A stretch of DNA of 64,000 bases from Macrostomum lignano. Lineage: Eukaryota. Made by a program: the position numbers and the translations under genes. The notes beneath the pieces are model-generated. The model did no database searches. It was given only the letters and a program-made list of their open reading frames with translations, and had not been told where the DNA came from. Positions within the stretch are counted from its first letter, which is position 1. Every line of letters begins with the position of its first letter. Positions 53,595 through 64,000 of this stretch are shown in pieces. The stretch covers positions 733,335-797,334 of the forward strand of contig NIVC01000033.1 of NCBI GenBank assembly GCA_002269645.1, given 5' to 3'.

Positions 53595-55843
53595 CCTACA
53601 TGAACCCACAGCCTTCGCTGTTTGTTCTTGCTTGCTTTTGCTCAGTTGCTGCTCTGCTTGGCTCTGTTCGGTCCTCCCCTGCCCTCCCCTGTACGTATGG
53701 AAACGCATAATTTCATGACTATACGGATGCTGCCCTATAATTTCAGCTATAGTGAACCCCCTCTCCGTTTTTTGATTGCCTGAGGCTGAGTGAGTTATAT
53801 TCTAGCATAAATGTACATGTACATCTTGGGTTGCATTATTCATATACATCGTATTGTTCACTTTTAGAGCCTCAAATATATAATCGCTAACTGGGTCAGT
53901 TTAAGCCTCACTTTTTTTTCTCGCTGCGTTGCGATCTCGCTAGTACGTAGTTTCGGCTAGCTGGGCCTGGGGTCGCAAAACCCGGGGCTTAACCAGCTAG
54001 TGCACATATATAAGTTGGCGTGTGCGACGGTATGGGAGACCATGCCACCGTGCCGATCTAGGCTCTGCATTCTATCGCCACTATAACCGAGCTAAAAATC
54101 AGTATATACTTAAAGGCATTCGCTGCCAAAATTGGCAGCGAGAGAGTCCGCCCCCTGCCGTTGCCACCGTCACGGCTAAGCAGAATTCAAAGAGTGAGTG
54201 GGCTCGAATTGTTCCATATATAGGGATGGGCTGACCGAGTCTCGATGGGCTCGGAGACCGAAGTCAGTCCGGCCAGTTGGCTGACGTCATCTCTGTGCTT
54301 ATAAGGCATTATAATGCATTATTTTGTCGGAAGGTTTTCTCGTAGATTTTTGGCTAGGGTTTTTGGTCATTTTATCATCCCGTTGAGATCATGCGGCAGT
54401 TGTAAGTATTGCGTCGCGATAGCTAATTTTAAGTATGTATAAAGGCAGTCATAGATTTATTTAGTAGATATTGATGCACCAGCGGGTGGGCTGGTTGATC
54501 ATCTTATTGCCTTTAGATCAGCAGTTGTAAGTATTGTATTGAGGTGGTTAATGTTAGATATCAGGGAAATGGATTTTAGTAGGTGTCGATCTAATGGGGA
54601 AGGCTATTTTTGGCCATTCTGCACCACTCTGTCATGGCAACTACTCGCTCGTATGATACAGATCGACTTGTCTAGAGAGGACCGTTCTTGATCATTTGGA
54701 CTCTGTTTCTGACACCAGGATGTGGGCGAGGTTAGTTTGCCTAGGCCTGATTGTTTTGCCTACAGGGTTGCGTTAGAGCAAGTTGGGGGGGGGGGGAGTC
54801 TAGACTACAGTCTCAGCTACCTGTTTTTCCATCGTCAGGCCGCACGTCCACCCCTCCGGTTTCCACGCTTCGTGGGGTTGATTGCCAGAATCGGGTGCGC
54901 CCGAACTTAAGTAGTCCTTGTAACCTTTTTGTTCTTGATGCCGAGCCTATCAGTCACCTCGCTCGCCTCACAGACTCGCTATTGTCTGCAATGAGACTGC
55001 GCTTTGACCTCTGTTGTCTTTCTCCAGCCCTTTCATTCTTTTGATGCCTCAGCCTCTTTTTCCGCCCGCGTTCTTTAACTTGAGTGCTTTCGTTGGCTAG
55101 TACGATGTTCTCTTATTCTAGTTAAGTATTGTTGTGTCCCGAGACGGACCAGCCAGCTACGTCTTGCGCTCTGTACGAGCAGGAAAACGCAGCCCCAGTC
55201 CTGCTGCTTGCCAACTCACTGTCGCACAAACGCGCAGGCAGTAGGCCAGCAACCAGGGTCGCAGCGAACGCACAGGCCCCGGTGACAAAGTCCTAGAGGC
55301 ACTTGACCCCGAAATAACAGGAACAGAACGATACTTACTGTGGCGCGGATACTCGGCGCGCTGGCGTCTATGTTGAACACGATTGTTGGTTGGCACGCTT
55401 GTTTTTGGTTTATTGTCATATACTATTTGCGGCGAAGGAGTCAGAGGAGAAGCGGTCGCATGGGGGGGGGGAGAGCACAGGAGCGCACGCCAATAAATAT
55501 CTGCCAGCACAACATGGGGTGGGGCAAAAGCTGCAGGGTAAGAGAAAAGGCGGGGTGCGCAGAGAGAGCGAGCGGGGATTGGCTGCAGCCACACAAAACG
55601 CGACTGGGGGTAGAAAACCAGAATTACAGAAAACAGCGACAGCTAATGAGAGAGCACGGAGGGGAGGGATAATAATAATCAGGGGTGAGAAATTTGCAGA
55701 CATAGGCTGGACAAATAAACAACTACAATAATAGTTCGTCAATTGATTGGGTCTAGTGCAGTGGCACCAAAAAACAAATAAAGTACTTTAAGAAAATAGC
55801 TCACAACAAGTTTCAAGCATGGAAGGGGTGGGGAGGGTTGGCA

Positions 55844-55845
<2 letters not shown>

Positions 55846-55905
<60 letters not shown>

Positions 55906-55906
55906 G
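55846..55906. repeat. (AG)n microsatellite
   Basis: Seen directly. Confidence 0.97.
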
Positions 55907-56098
55907 ACTACAGTAAGGGCAAATACGAGCTACATTGAGTTACGAATTCACAACAGTATAGAAAACATAATCTAACCCATCCAACCACCTTCCTACTACA
56001 AAATTTCTAAACCCTGTAGCTCCATATTCGCTTTTTCTCTCTCTTACTCTCTCGCCCGCTCTCCCACATTCCCATCTGTCACGCAGCCGACAGCAGTC

Positions 56099-56867
56099 AT
56101 GTCGGCAGTTTCGCACGCCAAGACTTTCGTCACAAGCGCCGGTCTCTCTGTTGTTGTTCGACCTCTGCTGCTGAGCAGTGAGCGGCAGGTGTGCAAGCCA
56201 GTTGCCATGCTGCCGTACACCTGGACGAGAGGTCTTGTCGTTCAAGACGCCGCCGTCGGCGGCTTCTTCACCGGCGGAGGAGTTGGCGGCATCGTCGCGG
56301 GAGTCACTAGCGCCTGGGATTCCCTGATCCCGCAGCTGAGTTTGAACGCCGGAGCCGCAGCGGCCGTCACCGCAGGCGTCGTTTGGGCGATGGAGATGCG
56401 GCTCGTGACCAGAGAGCCAGACTGGGATAATTTCGGTGACTACTGGGCAGAGCCCAACTTGCTCTGCGCCGCTTTCGACTCTGACACAGGTGAGACGCAC
56501 AGTATGCAAATCGCATTCCCAGTCACCTTTGTCATACACGCACATTGCAACTTATCACCAAGCAGGTCATCTGCTGGGCACAATCGGTCGCAAACACGTG
56601 AGCGACCAGATGTGCATCGTTCAACGCCTAGCTGTGACAGAGGCTGCCAGAGGCAAAGGAGTAGCCAGAGTGCTGGGGCAGTTCATGCTCAACAGAATCA
56701 AAGCAGACGGCTACTCCACTCTGCTGTTCCACGCAACCCGCAGGCAGCCCAACAAACTGTTCGAGTCTTTTGGTTTCCAGGTCATCAGCAGACGCCGGGT
56801 GTGGCTAGGACTCAACGAACTGTTGGTTTACGAGAGGAGACTGCCAGCACCACCAGCCGACAACTGA
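56099..56867 (+). CDS. NAT8/camello-like GNAT acetyltransferase (exons 56099-56489, 56566-56867)
   Basis: Hydrophobic N-terminal segment; VQRLAVTEAARGKGVA acetyl-CoA motif A; phase-1 GT-AG intron. Confidence 0.8.
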
Positions 56868-56960
56868 AACTGTGTGCATGAACTCAGTCTGATAACTTTT
56901 TTGCGTTTTTGTAAATCCCCGTTTTATGCCAGTGTGAAAAAGCATCGTTTGGCTGGATCT

Positions 56961-57247
56961 GTGAGATTAAGCTAGATCCTGCTAGGTCATTCTAGATCAT
57001 GTGAGATCAAGCTAGACCCTGCTAGGTCATTCTAGATCATGTGAGATTAAGCTAGACCCTGCTAGGTCATTCTAGATCATGTGAGATCAAGCTAGACCCT
57101 GCTAGGTCATTCTAGATCATGTGAGATTAAGCTAGATCCTGCTAGGTCATTCTAGATCATGTGAGATAAAGCTAGATCCTGCTAGGTCATTCTAGATCAT
57201 GTGAGATCAAGCTAGATCCTGCTAGGTCATTCTAGATCATGTGAGAT
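56961..57247 (+). repeat. 40-bp minisatellite, ~7 copies
   Basis: GTGAGATCAAGCTAGATCCTGCTAGGTCATTCTAGATCAT. Confidence 0.95.
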
Positions 57248-59164
57248 GCTAGCTAGGCAATGCTACGCTTGTAGATCACTATGTCCAGTAAAAAAGCAAC
57301 TATATTTAGACTATATTTACTCATTTTTCCTTTCGCTTTCCGATGCAGCTATATTCATAGCGCATGTGCTGTGAAGCATGAAGAAAGCGCCGACCATCCA
57401 TTTTTAACGAAACTATTTTAAAAAGTGATTTAAATTTTTAAGCCTCCCCAACCTTTTCATTCGTGTGTTCACATGCTTTTGCTTAAGGCGCCTCTGCGCC
57501 TTGCACCTCTGCAGCTGCACTAGCCCCGACAAAATTATTACTAAATTGTGATTTGTTGTGTTGTGCACTTTTACGGTGCCTGTGTACCTGCCTCCCAGCG
57601 GGCTGAGTCACCCCTCAACTAGTTGTTTACAGTACTTTTTGTTATTCCCCCTTTGCGTTGCCGCAGCCAGAGGCTTAAGTCGGTGTGAGTTTTGGCATTT
57701 GTTCGCTCGCCCTGCGTGGTTATTGGTCGCGGCCAGCCAGTCGCGTAGTGATTGGCTAGGCCGGTGGCGGGCGTGGTGCTGCCGTCCCCCGGGGGGGGGG
57801 GTTGGCTGGGGGGTTTGTGGGGTGGTGGAGTTGAGAGCGCGTGGCCCTCCCCCCTCCGCGGGCGTGTGCTATTTAACATCGCTCGCGGCGGGTTGGAGCG
57901 GTGCGCGTCTCGACTGTCCCTTCTCTGTGAACTCGATTTTTCGTCAGATATATACAGCCCAAGTTACGATCGGACCCCTTGATAAAGAAATACACTGAAA
58001 AGGCCATCTACCTGAGCCCTGAGCGACAGCCGCCAGCTAAGTAAGTGCGCATCCTGTCTTCTTTCTTTCGGTAGCCTAGGGGGGCAGAGAGTCCGTGTGT
58101 CCGGACGCCGACTCAGCTAGCTGGGGTTGATACGTCAGAAGGATACCTACCGTACGCCTCTACGCCAGCCAGTGCGTCCCGACGCCTCGCTGAAGGCGGC
58201 CCGCACCACTTCGTCCCGACGCGTGGGAAGGCTGCGTGGGTGCGTCCTGACGCCCCAGACTGTCAGGGGAAGTGCTCGCCCTAGCGCCCGCGCACAGGCT
58301 TAGCAAGGACCCGATTTACTGTACCCTGTAGGACCACCCTACTGCCGGGCCGGGGGCTGCAGGGATACAACAGATTGAAAGCCTAGTTCACCAGCATCCT
58401 ATTACTTATTGCTTTTTGTAATAAATTTATATTCTTACACTCAGCAAGAATCCGATAGAAAGAGGATGTCTAGACCTGGCGAGTCAAAACCGACAGTCTC
58501 CTCCACTGATCTGGCTGATCTGGTGGAACCGCTTTCAAGGCTCCGACGCAAGAATTGCGATTTCATCAGGACCGAAGTGCAGGAGTCAGCTGTACAGAAG
58601 ATTGAGGCCGAACTAACTAACAGAGTCAGCCATGCTAGAAACCCATGATCCAAGCAAGCCTCAGGGGTCAGCAAACTCCAGATGCGGCCCGCAAAGCCTC
58701 TCGATCCGACCCTCGGGGTCCTTTGAAACTTCACAATAGCAATCCGGCCCGCTCAGTGTTTGTGTCTCTTGTCAGCTCTCTTCTCTCACCTCTCCTCTTA
58801 TTTCTCCTCTTCTTTTCTCTCTCTTTTCCTCTCCCTTCTCCTTCCCTTCCTTCCTCGTCCTCTCTCCTCTCCTCTCTCTTCTATTTTATCTCTTCTCTCC
58901 TCTCTTCTCCTTTATTCCTTCGCCTCTATTTTCTTCTATTTCTCTTCTCTATTCCCTCTCCTCTATCCCTTCCTCTGGCCCTTGCGGTAAATACTTTGCC
59001 GACCCCTGCTCTACAGCAAGGCAACACCTTACTAGTTTCTTATGCTTAAATAGAAGCCATGAGACGATCAATTATTGTTGCTTAGTTTATTTTGTATATT
59101 TATTCATTTTATGCTCCATAAACTTCGACTGTCTCACAGAGCGCTCGCTCTCTATGGGAGCACG

Positions 59165-59472
59165 AGAATTTCCCGCAGGAATTTTTCCCGCCGAGGTTTC
59201 CCCGCTGGAGGCTTTCCCGTCGAGGTTTTCCCGCAGGGTTTTTCCTGTCGGAATTCCAAGTCAAATCCAATCGGATTTGAAATCTAGTCTAGTCTAGTTC
59301 TAATCTAGTCCAGCATTGTCTATAGACTGGTTTGACTTGAAATTCCGACTGTAAAACCTTGCGGGAAAACCTCGACGGGAAAACCTCGGCGGGAAAACCT
59401 CGACGGGAAAACCTCGACGGGAAAGCCTCCAGCGGGGAAACCTCGGCGGGAAAAATTCCTGCGGGAAATTCT
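59165..59472. mobile_element. Foldback-like element with internally repetitive (~14-bp) inverted arms
   Basis: AGAATTTCCCGCAGG...CCTGCGGGAAATTCT; TTTTCCCG.CGAGG subunits. Confidence 0.7.
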
Positions 59473-59529
59473 TTATTACTGCAGGAATCTCCGGACAAAA
59501 ATCATTCGTAGGTCCTCCGTTAGAAATCG

Positions 59530-60650
59530 TCACCAGAAGGTGCACTTTCTCGCTGGGTTCATCGGCTGGCCGCGGCGGCACTTACGCTCGTAAAGGCCTC
59601 GGCGAAGTCCGCGCTATTCTCGGCGATGCCGTGGACGCGCAGGTGGTGCGGGCTGTGACTCGGCAAACCCTGGAACATTTGGTCCAGAGTTCGAGGCTCG
59701 GATTTGAGGCACCAGGACTGCGCGGCCTGGATGAACAGCTGCTGCTCCGGACTGAGGCTGGCGGCCCGGGCGACGGGACTTCAGCAGCTTCAGCGCTCCA
59801 CTGCGGCTGCGATGTTTCCAGTACAATTGACTTTACATGTCTCAGGATGAGCATCAGAAAGGAAATCCCGAGGTCAGGATCAATTGGGAAATCCCAGGAC
59901 TAACAAAGAACCAACTCAGTGTGGATTCAGTAAAGAATCCAAATGCTAAGATCGACTCATAGGAAGCCCAAAATAGAGTCCACTCAAAGAATCCAGCCAT
60001 CTGGCACCTGAATGCCGATAATGTCGGCAATGTCGTTGCCCAAGGTGCTGTTGGACTCGAGCAGAGGGGGGCCGCCAGGGTACAGCCTGTAGCCACCGTA
60101 GCGACTCCGGACGCACTCCATCTGTTCCAAGTAGTTCGCCTCGGTCTCGTTGTCCCAGAAGTGTCCGAAGGCATCCTGCTGTTGGAACTGGTGGCCGACA
60201 TCGTCGAAGGAGTGACCGATCTCGTGCCCGATGATATAGCCGATGCCGCCCAGGCTGATGCAGGGCGGGTAGCTGGGATGATAGAAAGACGGCCCCAGGA
60301 TCGCCATCGGAAAGATAATCTGGTTGCGCGTGATCCTCATAAAGCGGACTGATCTCCATGAACATCGTGACGGGGCTCAGGCCAGATATCACGTCAAAGT
60401 TTTTGTGGGCGTAGGCGCACAGGGCCAGGGAGAACAGGGTTGCCGAAGTTCTCGTCCAGATTCCAGATTCTCGTCCAGGACGCAAGTTCACGGCACGGAA
60501 CTCCTTCAGGGTGCGCGCGTAAAAGGCCCTGATCTCAACTGCCGAGATCTTGTCCAGCCCGATGGTCTCCTTCGCCGCCCGGATCTTCTCGATGGCCACC
60601 TTGGCGCTGGCAGTGATCCACGACTGTCGCCTGACCCAAATCAAATCAAT
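59530..60650 (-). pseudogene. Neprilysin/M13 metallopeptidase C-terminal exons with frameshifts
   Basis: NQIIFPMAILG, GHEIGHSFD, WD..T...Y..Q..C, QLF...AQSWC, HSP..LRV.G...NS, C..GQPMNP..K. Confidence 0.85.
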
Positions 60651-60849
60651 ACTGTTCCCTGTCCAACTGATATCAAATCAATACTTTTATTATAAGAACG
60701 AGTCGTAAAAGCGTAAATAAATTTCAGTACACGTCATTTTGTACGATGTTCAACCGTGTGTCAGCAGGAATATATTTGCAAAACCGCACACCCGATCCAG
60801 CACTAGCAGCTCGTAGATGTTCAAGTCAAAGTTGGTTATTGGCTGATTA

Positions 60850-63800
60850 ATGAGCTGGTTTGTGCGGCCAGCACCAACCGGCGTTTGTGTACACCGCCAA
60901 CCCCCCGGCTTGCGCCCACCCCCTCCCTCGGGGGGGGGGGGTTTATGCCTGCGGGCTAGCTGAGTTTGTCTCGCTGCGCGCTTGGAAATTTTTTTTTGGA
61001 CCGCTGAGTCATGTCACACAGCTCTACGACTGTAAAGGAGCTGCGCACCGCCTTGCGTGCAAGAGGCCTGCATACTGCTGGAAACAAACACACGTTGCAA
61101 GAGAGACTCCGACAGGCGGAGGCACAAGACTCAGCAGGACCCCAATCAGCATCGATCCCTGGAGTCATCGACGATCGTGACGGCAGCGATCATCCAAGGA
61201 GGCAGGAGCTCAGAGAGATGTCTTCAGACGACAAGAGGGTGACAGCCGGCGACAGGAGGGCGGCAGGAGAGACCCACGGGACTGGCGACCTGGACCGGGA
61301 GCTGCTAGAAGCGGAGAAGCAGCTACGCCTTCTGACGATTCGCCGAGATCAAGCGCGCATGGAGGCTGAGATCCGGCAGCTGGGCGGCAGGGTTGATGAG
61401 CCGCCGCGGCGACCACCGAATGTCGCGGTACCCGGTGAGTACTCAAACCTTGAGCACTTGGTTTTGGGAACCCCAGCTGGAGGGCCAAATGAAGTGAAGC
61501 ACCAAGGTCAGCAGCATCCGGGCACGTATCGGAAGCGGCTATCGCTGAACAAATCGAGCAAGGCGGGGAAGCAGCTCACTCTGGACAGTCTGTCTGTTGG
61601 TGACTGGATTACCGGGAATGCGAATGCGCTGATGCAGATGCTGAAGGACGGCAGGCTCCTGGTTCTCAGAGACGGCGCCATCGATATGTCTAAGTTGCTC
61701 GAGTACCTGAAGCACACAGCCAAGATCGGCGACCTCCTTGACCTCGGTTTCGACCGCGGTCGCGTATTGCGCTACGACAACGAGTTCAAAGTGCAGCAGG
61801 CGGGTGCCGGCGCCTGGGACAGCTCGGTGACCGACCTCGGATTGGTAGCGGCGCACCTGATGGCACCGGGTCTGCAGCGGCAGGCTGGTGCTGCGGCAAG
61901 GCCAGCACCAAAGCGAACGGTCTGCTTCGACTACAACAGACTGTCCGGCTGCCACCGCAATCCGTGCCGGCTCACGCACTGTTGTCTGCGCTGCGGCCAG
62001 GCGCACTCGGAGGCCACCTTCCACGGATCGGAGGGTGGCCCGACGGCAAAAAACTGATGGGCGGGGTTCGGGGCAGGGGCCTCTTAACATCGAGTCGCCC
62101 GCCCCTGCTGCTGCTTTCGATGAACCCCGTGACGAGGGCGACTCAGGCGGAACCTTCTCTACCGACTTGTGCTTTGAAGCTTGGCGTTTGGAGCTGGCTG
62201 ACACCGAGATGCCAGCGGAGCTCGCGCAGTTCGTTCTCTCCGGTGTGAAGGAGGGTTTCCGCATTAGGAATGTCAGATGCACCGTCGACACTGTTGAGCA
62301 AGATAACTACAGATCCATCAGTCAGCACCGTGCCGGTGTTGAGGCTCAAGTTCATGAGGAGCTGCAGACGGGCAGATACCGCGTTTGTGCAAAGCCGGCG
62401 ATTGTGAGCGCCCTGGGCGCCATTCCCAAGTCGGGTGGAGGCATCCGGCTCATCCATGACTGCAGCCAGCCTGAAGGTCGCGCGGTCAATGACATGTTCG
62501 TGGGCCAACGGAAGCTTCGGTTTTCTTCGGCAGCGGCTTTTGGCAGAAGGCTGCGCAAGGGCATGTACATGTGCAAGGTAGACCTGAGCCAGGCCTACAG
62601 GTCTTGCGGCATTCACCCAAGTGACCACTGCCTCACCGGCCTGAAGTTCACGTTTGAAGGCGACGTTGAGCCGACCTATATGGTTGACACCCGGCTGCCC
62701 TTTGGTGCAGCGGCATTTGTAAGCGGTTCTTTCAGATTAGCAATGCCATTCGGTTCATGATGCTCAAGCGCAAGTTTTTAAATACAACTTCGAGGTCAAC
62801 ATGGACGATTTCGGCTTCGCGGGGTCGCTGACTGATTGCTGGCGTTTCTACACGGAGCTGACGCAGCTGGTGCAGAGGCTGGGCCTGACTGTTAACTGGA
62901 AGAAGTGCGTGCAACCGACTCAAGAAATGTGCTTCCTTGGCATCCAGTTCGATACTCTGTCAGGGCTTATGAGCTTGCCAGGAACCAAAGTCGAAGAGCT
63001 GCTGGTCAGCCTTAATCAGTGCTGTGCGATGCGGCGGATCTCCAAGCATGAGCTGCAGAGGCTGGTGGGCAAGCTCAACTGGGCCTGCCAGGTGATTGTC
63101 AACGGCCGGCCGTTCTTGCGCGACTTGATCGACCGCGTCAACAACCTGGCAAGCTCAAAGGATCGGCTGTTGGTGGATGACCAGTTGAAGGGCATTCAAC
63201 TGGAAGTCGTGAAATTTGGCTCACGGACAGGAGACCGGTTGCCATAGAGACGGACGCCTGCCTGGTGGGAGCGGCAGCTATTTTGCGTGACCCGGCTGGT
63301 TTTGACTGGTGCTACCTGAAGTGGGATGTCGATGCTGGTGGCGTCTTCAGCGAGTGCTGCATCAACTACAAGGAGGCTGCTGCGGTCCTGCTGGCCTTGC
63401 TGCGATGGTGCCATCCGCTGCACAACTGCCGGGTCGCTGTCTACTGGGACAACGCCGCCGCCTGCGTGATCATCAACAAGGGGTCTTCCAGGGAGCCCCG
63501 GTTGCTGCGGCTGCTGCAAACTGTTGCTCTGCTTTGCCTGAAGCAGAACGTGATTGTTACCGCCCATCATGTGCCTGGCCGGTTCCAGCTGTTTGCTGAC
63601 GCAGCTTCATGCCTGCACTGCCGTCAAGAATTGCTGAATTTTGTGTTGCGAGCCTATGCAACATGTTGTGTCAGCCCGCAAGAGTTTGCCGGTCATGCGC
63701 TCAGCCCTCCCACCGCCGCCTTTCTCCTTTTGCAGGTCGCCTCCCTGGGTCTCTCGACGACGCCGCCGCCAAGCTTCTTCAGCAGGCCTACGCCTCATCA

Positions 63801-64000
63801 TCCAAGAAGTCGCTATCGTCCGCCATCCGCTCCTGGCAACGCTTCTGTCTCGAACGGCGGCTCGACCCGCTCTGCTGCCGGGCGGAGGACCTCGCGAATT
63901 ACGTTGCCTGACTCGTGGATGGCCGGCTCAGCTCCTTCGGCAGCGTCCGCTTGCACATCAGCGCTCTCACCGCCAACTTCCGGCTGGCAGGGGCGCCAGA
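60850..64000 (+). mobile_element. Second Ngaro-type YR retrotransposon, truncated by the window end
   Basis: Starts ATG-AGCTGGTTTGTGCGGC; SAP-Gag 61011-62057; RT/RH ~62160-63720 with frameshifts and an internal deletion; YR N-terminus ~63720-64000 with an in-frame TGA. Confidence 0.92.
61011..62057 (+). CDS. SAP-domain Gag-like protein, intact
   Basis: TVKELRTALRARGLHTAGNKHTLQERL; CFDYNRLSGCHRNPCRLTHCCLRCGQAH. Confidence 0.82.
   Translation: MSHSSTTVKELRTALRARGLHTAGNKHTLQERLRQAEAQDSAGPQSASIPGVIDDRDGSDHPRRQELREMSSDDKRVTAGDRRAAGETHGTGDLDRELLEAEKQLRLLTIRRDQARMEAEIRQLGGRVDEPPRRPPNVAVPGEYSNLEHLVLGTPAGGPNEVKHQGQQHPGTYRKRLSLNKSSKAGKQLTLDSLSVGDWITGNANALMQMLKDGRLLVLRDGAIDMSKLLEYLKHTAKIGDLLDLGFDRGRVLRYDNEFKVQQAGAGAWDSSVTDLGLVAAHLMAPGLQRQAGAAARPAPKRTVCFDYNRLSGCHRNPCRLTHCCLRCGQAHSEATFHGSEGGPTAKN

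Noticed and set aside
53960-54001. Imperfect GC hairpin followed by CTAG|T, like a Helitron 3' end
   Set aside because: The stem has mismatches, and no matching 5' TC end or Rep/Hel sequence could be identified.
54000-58750. GC-rich non-coding stretches (54.0-55.3 kb, 57.5-58.7 kb) that look like LTR or LINE 5' regions
   Set aside because: No paired repeats, PBS or recognisable domains were found by eye.
58645-59049. Leu/Ser/Phe-rich ORFs
   Set aside because: Pyrimidine-rich low-complexity DNA.

Overview
Eukaryotic (metazoan) genomic DNA with spliceosomal introns and many repeats. A free-living flatworm such as Macrostomum is my unverified guess. The window is dominated by two related Polinton/Maverick (adintovirus-like) elements with shared AGTAG...CTACT termini. 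E1 (1452-21554) sits inside an ankyrin exon of a TRPA-like channel gene, with a perfect 6-bp TSD (AGGCTG). It carries pPolB (frameshifted), an adenain-like protease, a c-integrase (one nonsense codon), a packaging ATPase, a major capsid protein (5-nt deletion), a minor capsid protein, a PLA2, a spliced RING gene and several virion-like ORFs. E2 (35590-44258, inverted, TSD CAGAGA/TAGAGA) is an 8.7-kb internal-deletion derivative. It keeps an intact capsid/ATPase module but lacks pPolB and protease. All four TIR arms encode a conserved ~80-aa orphan ORF. A young Ngaro-type tyrosine-recombinase retrotransposon (A1-gag-RT/RH-YR-B1-A2-B2) is inserted precisely, without a TSD, in E1's right TIR. Two more SAP-Gag YR elements and a deleted Ty3/Gypsy element lie further right. 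Other host genes are USP-like, PAN+fibrinogen-domain, NAT8-like GNAT and a neprilysin-like fragment. There are also many minisatellites, MITEs and tRNA-derived SINEs. All calls rest on motif recognition and by-eye alignment; no database searches were run.
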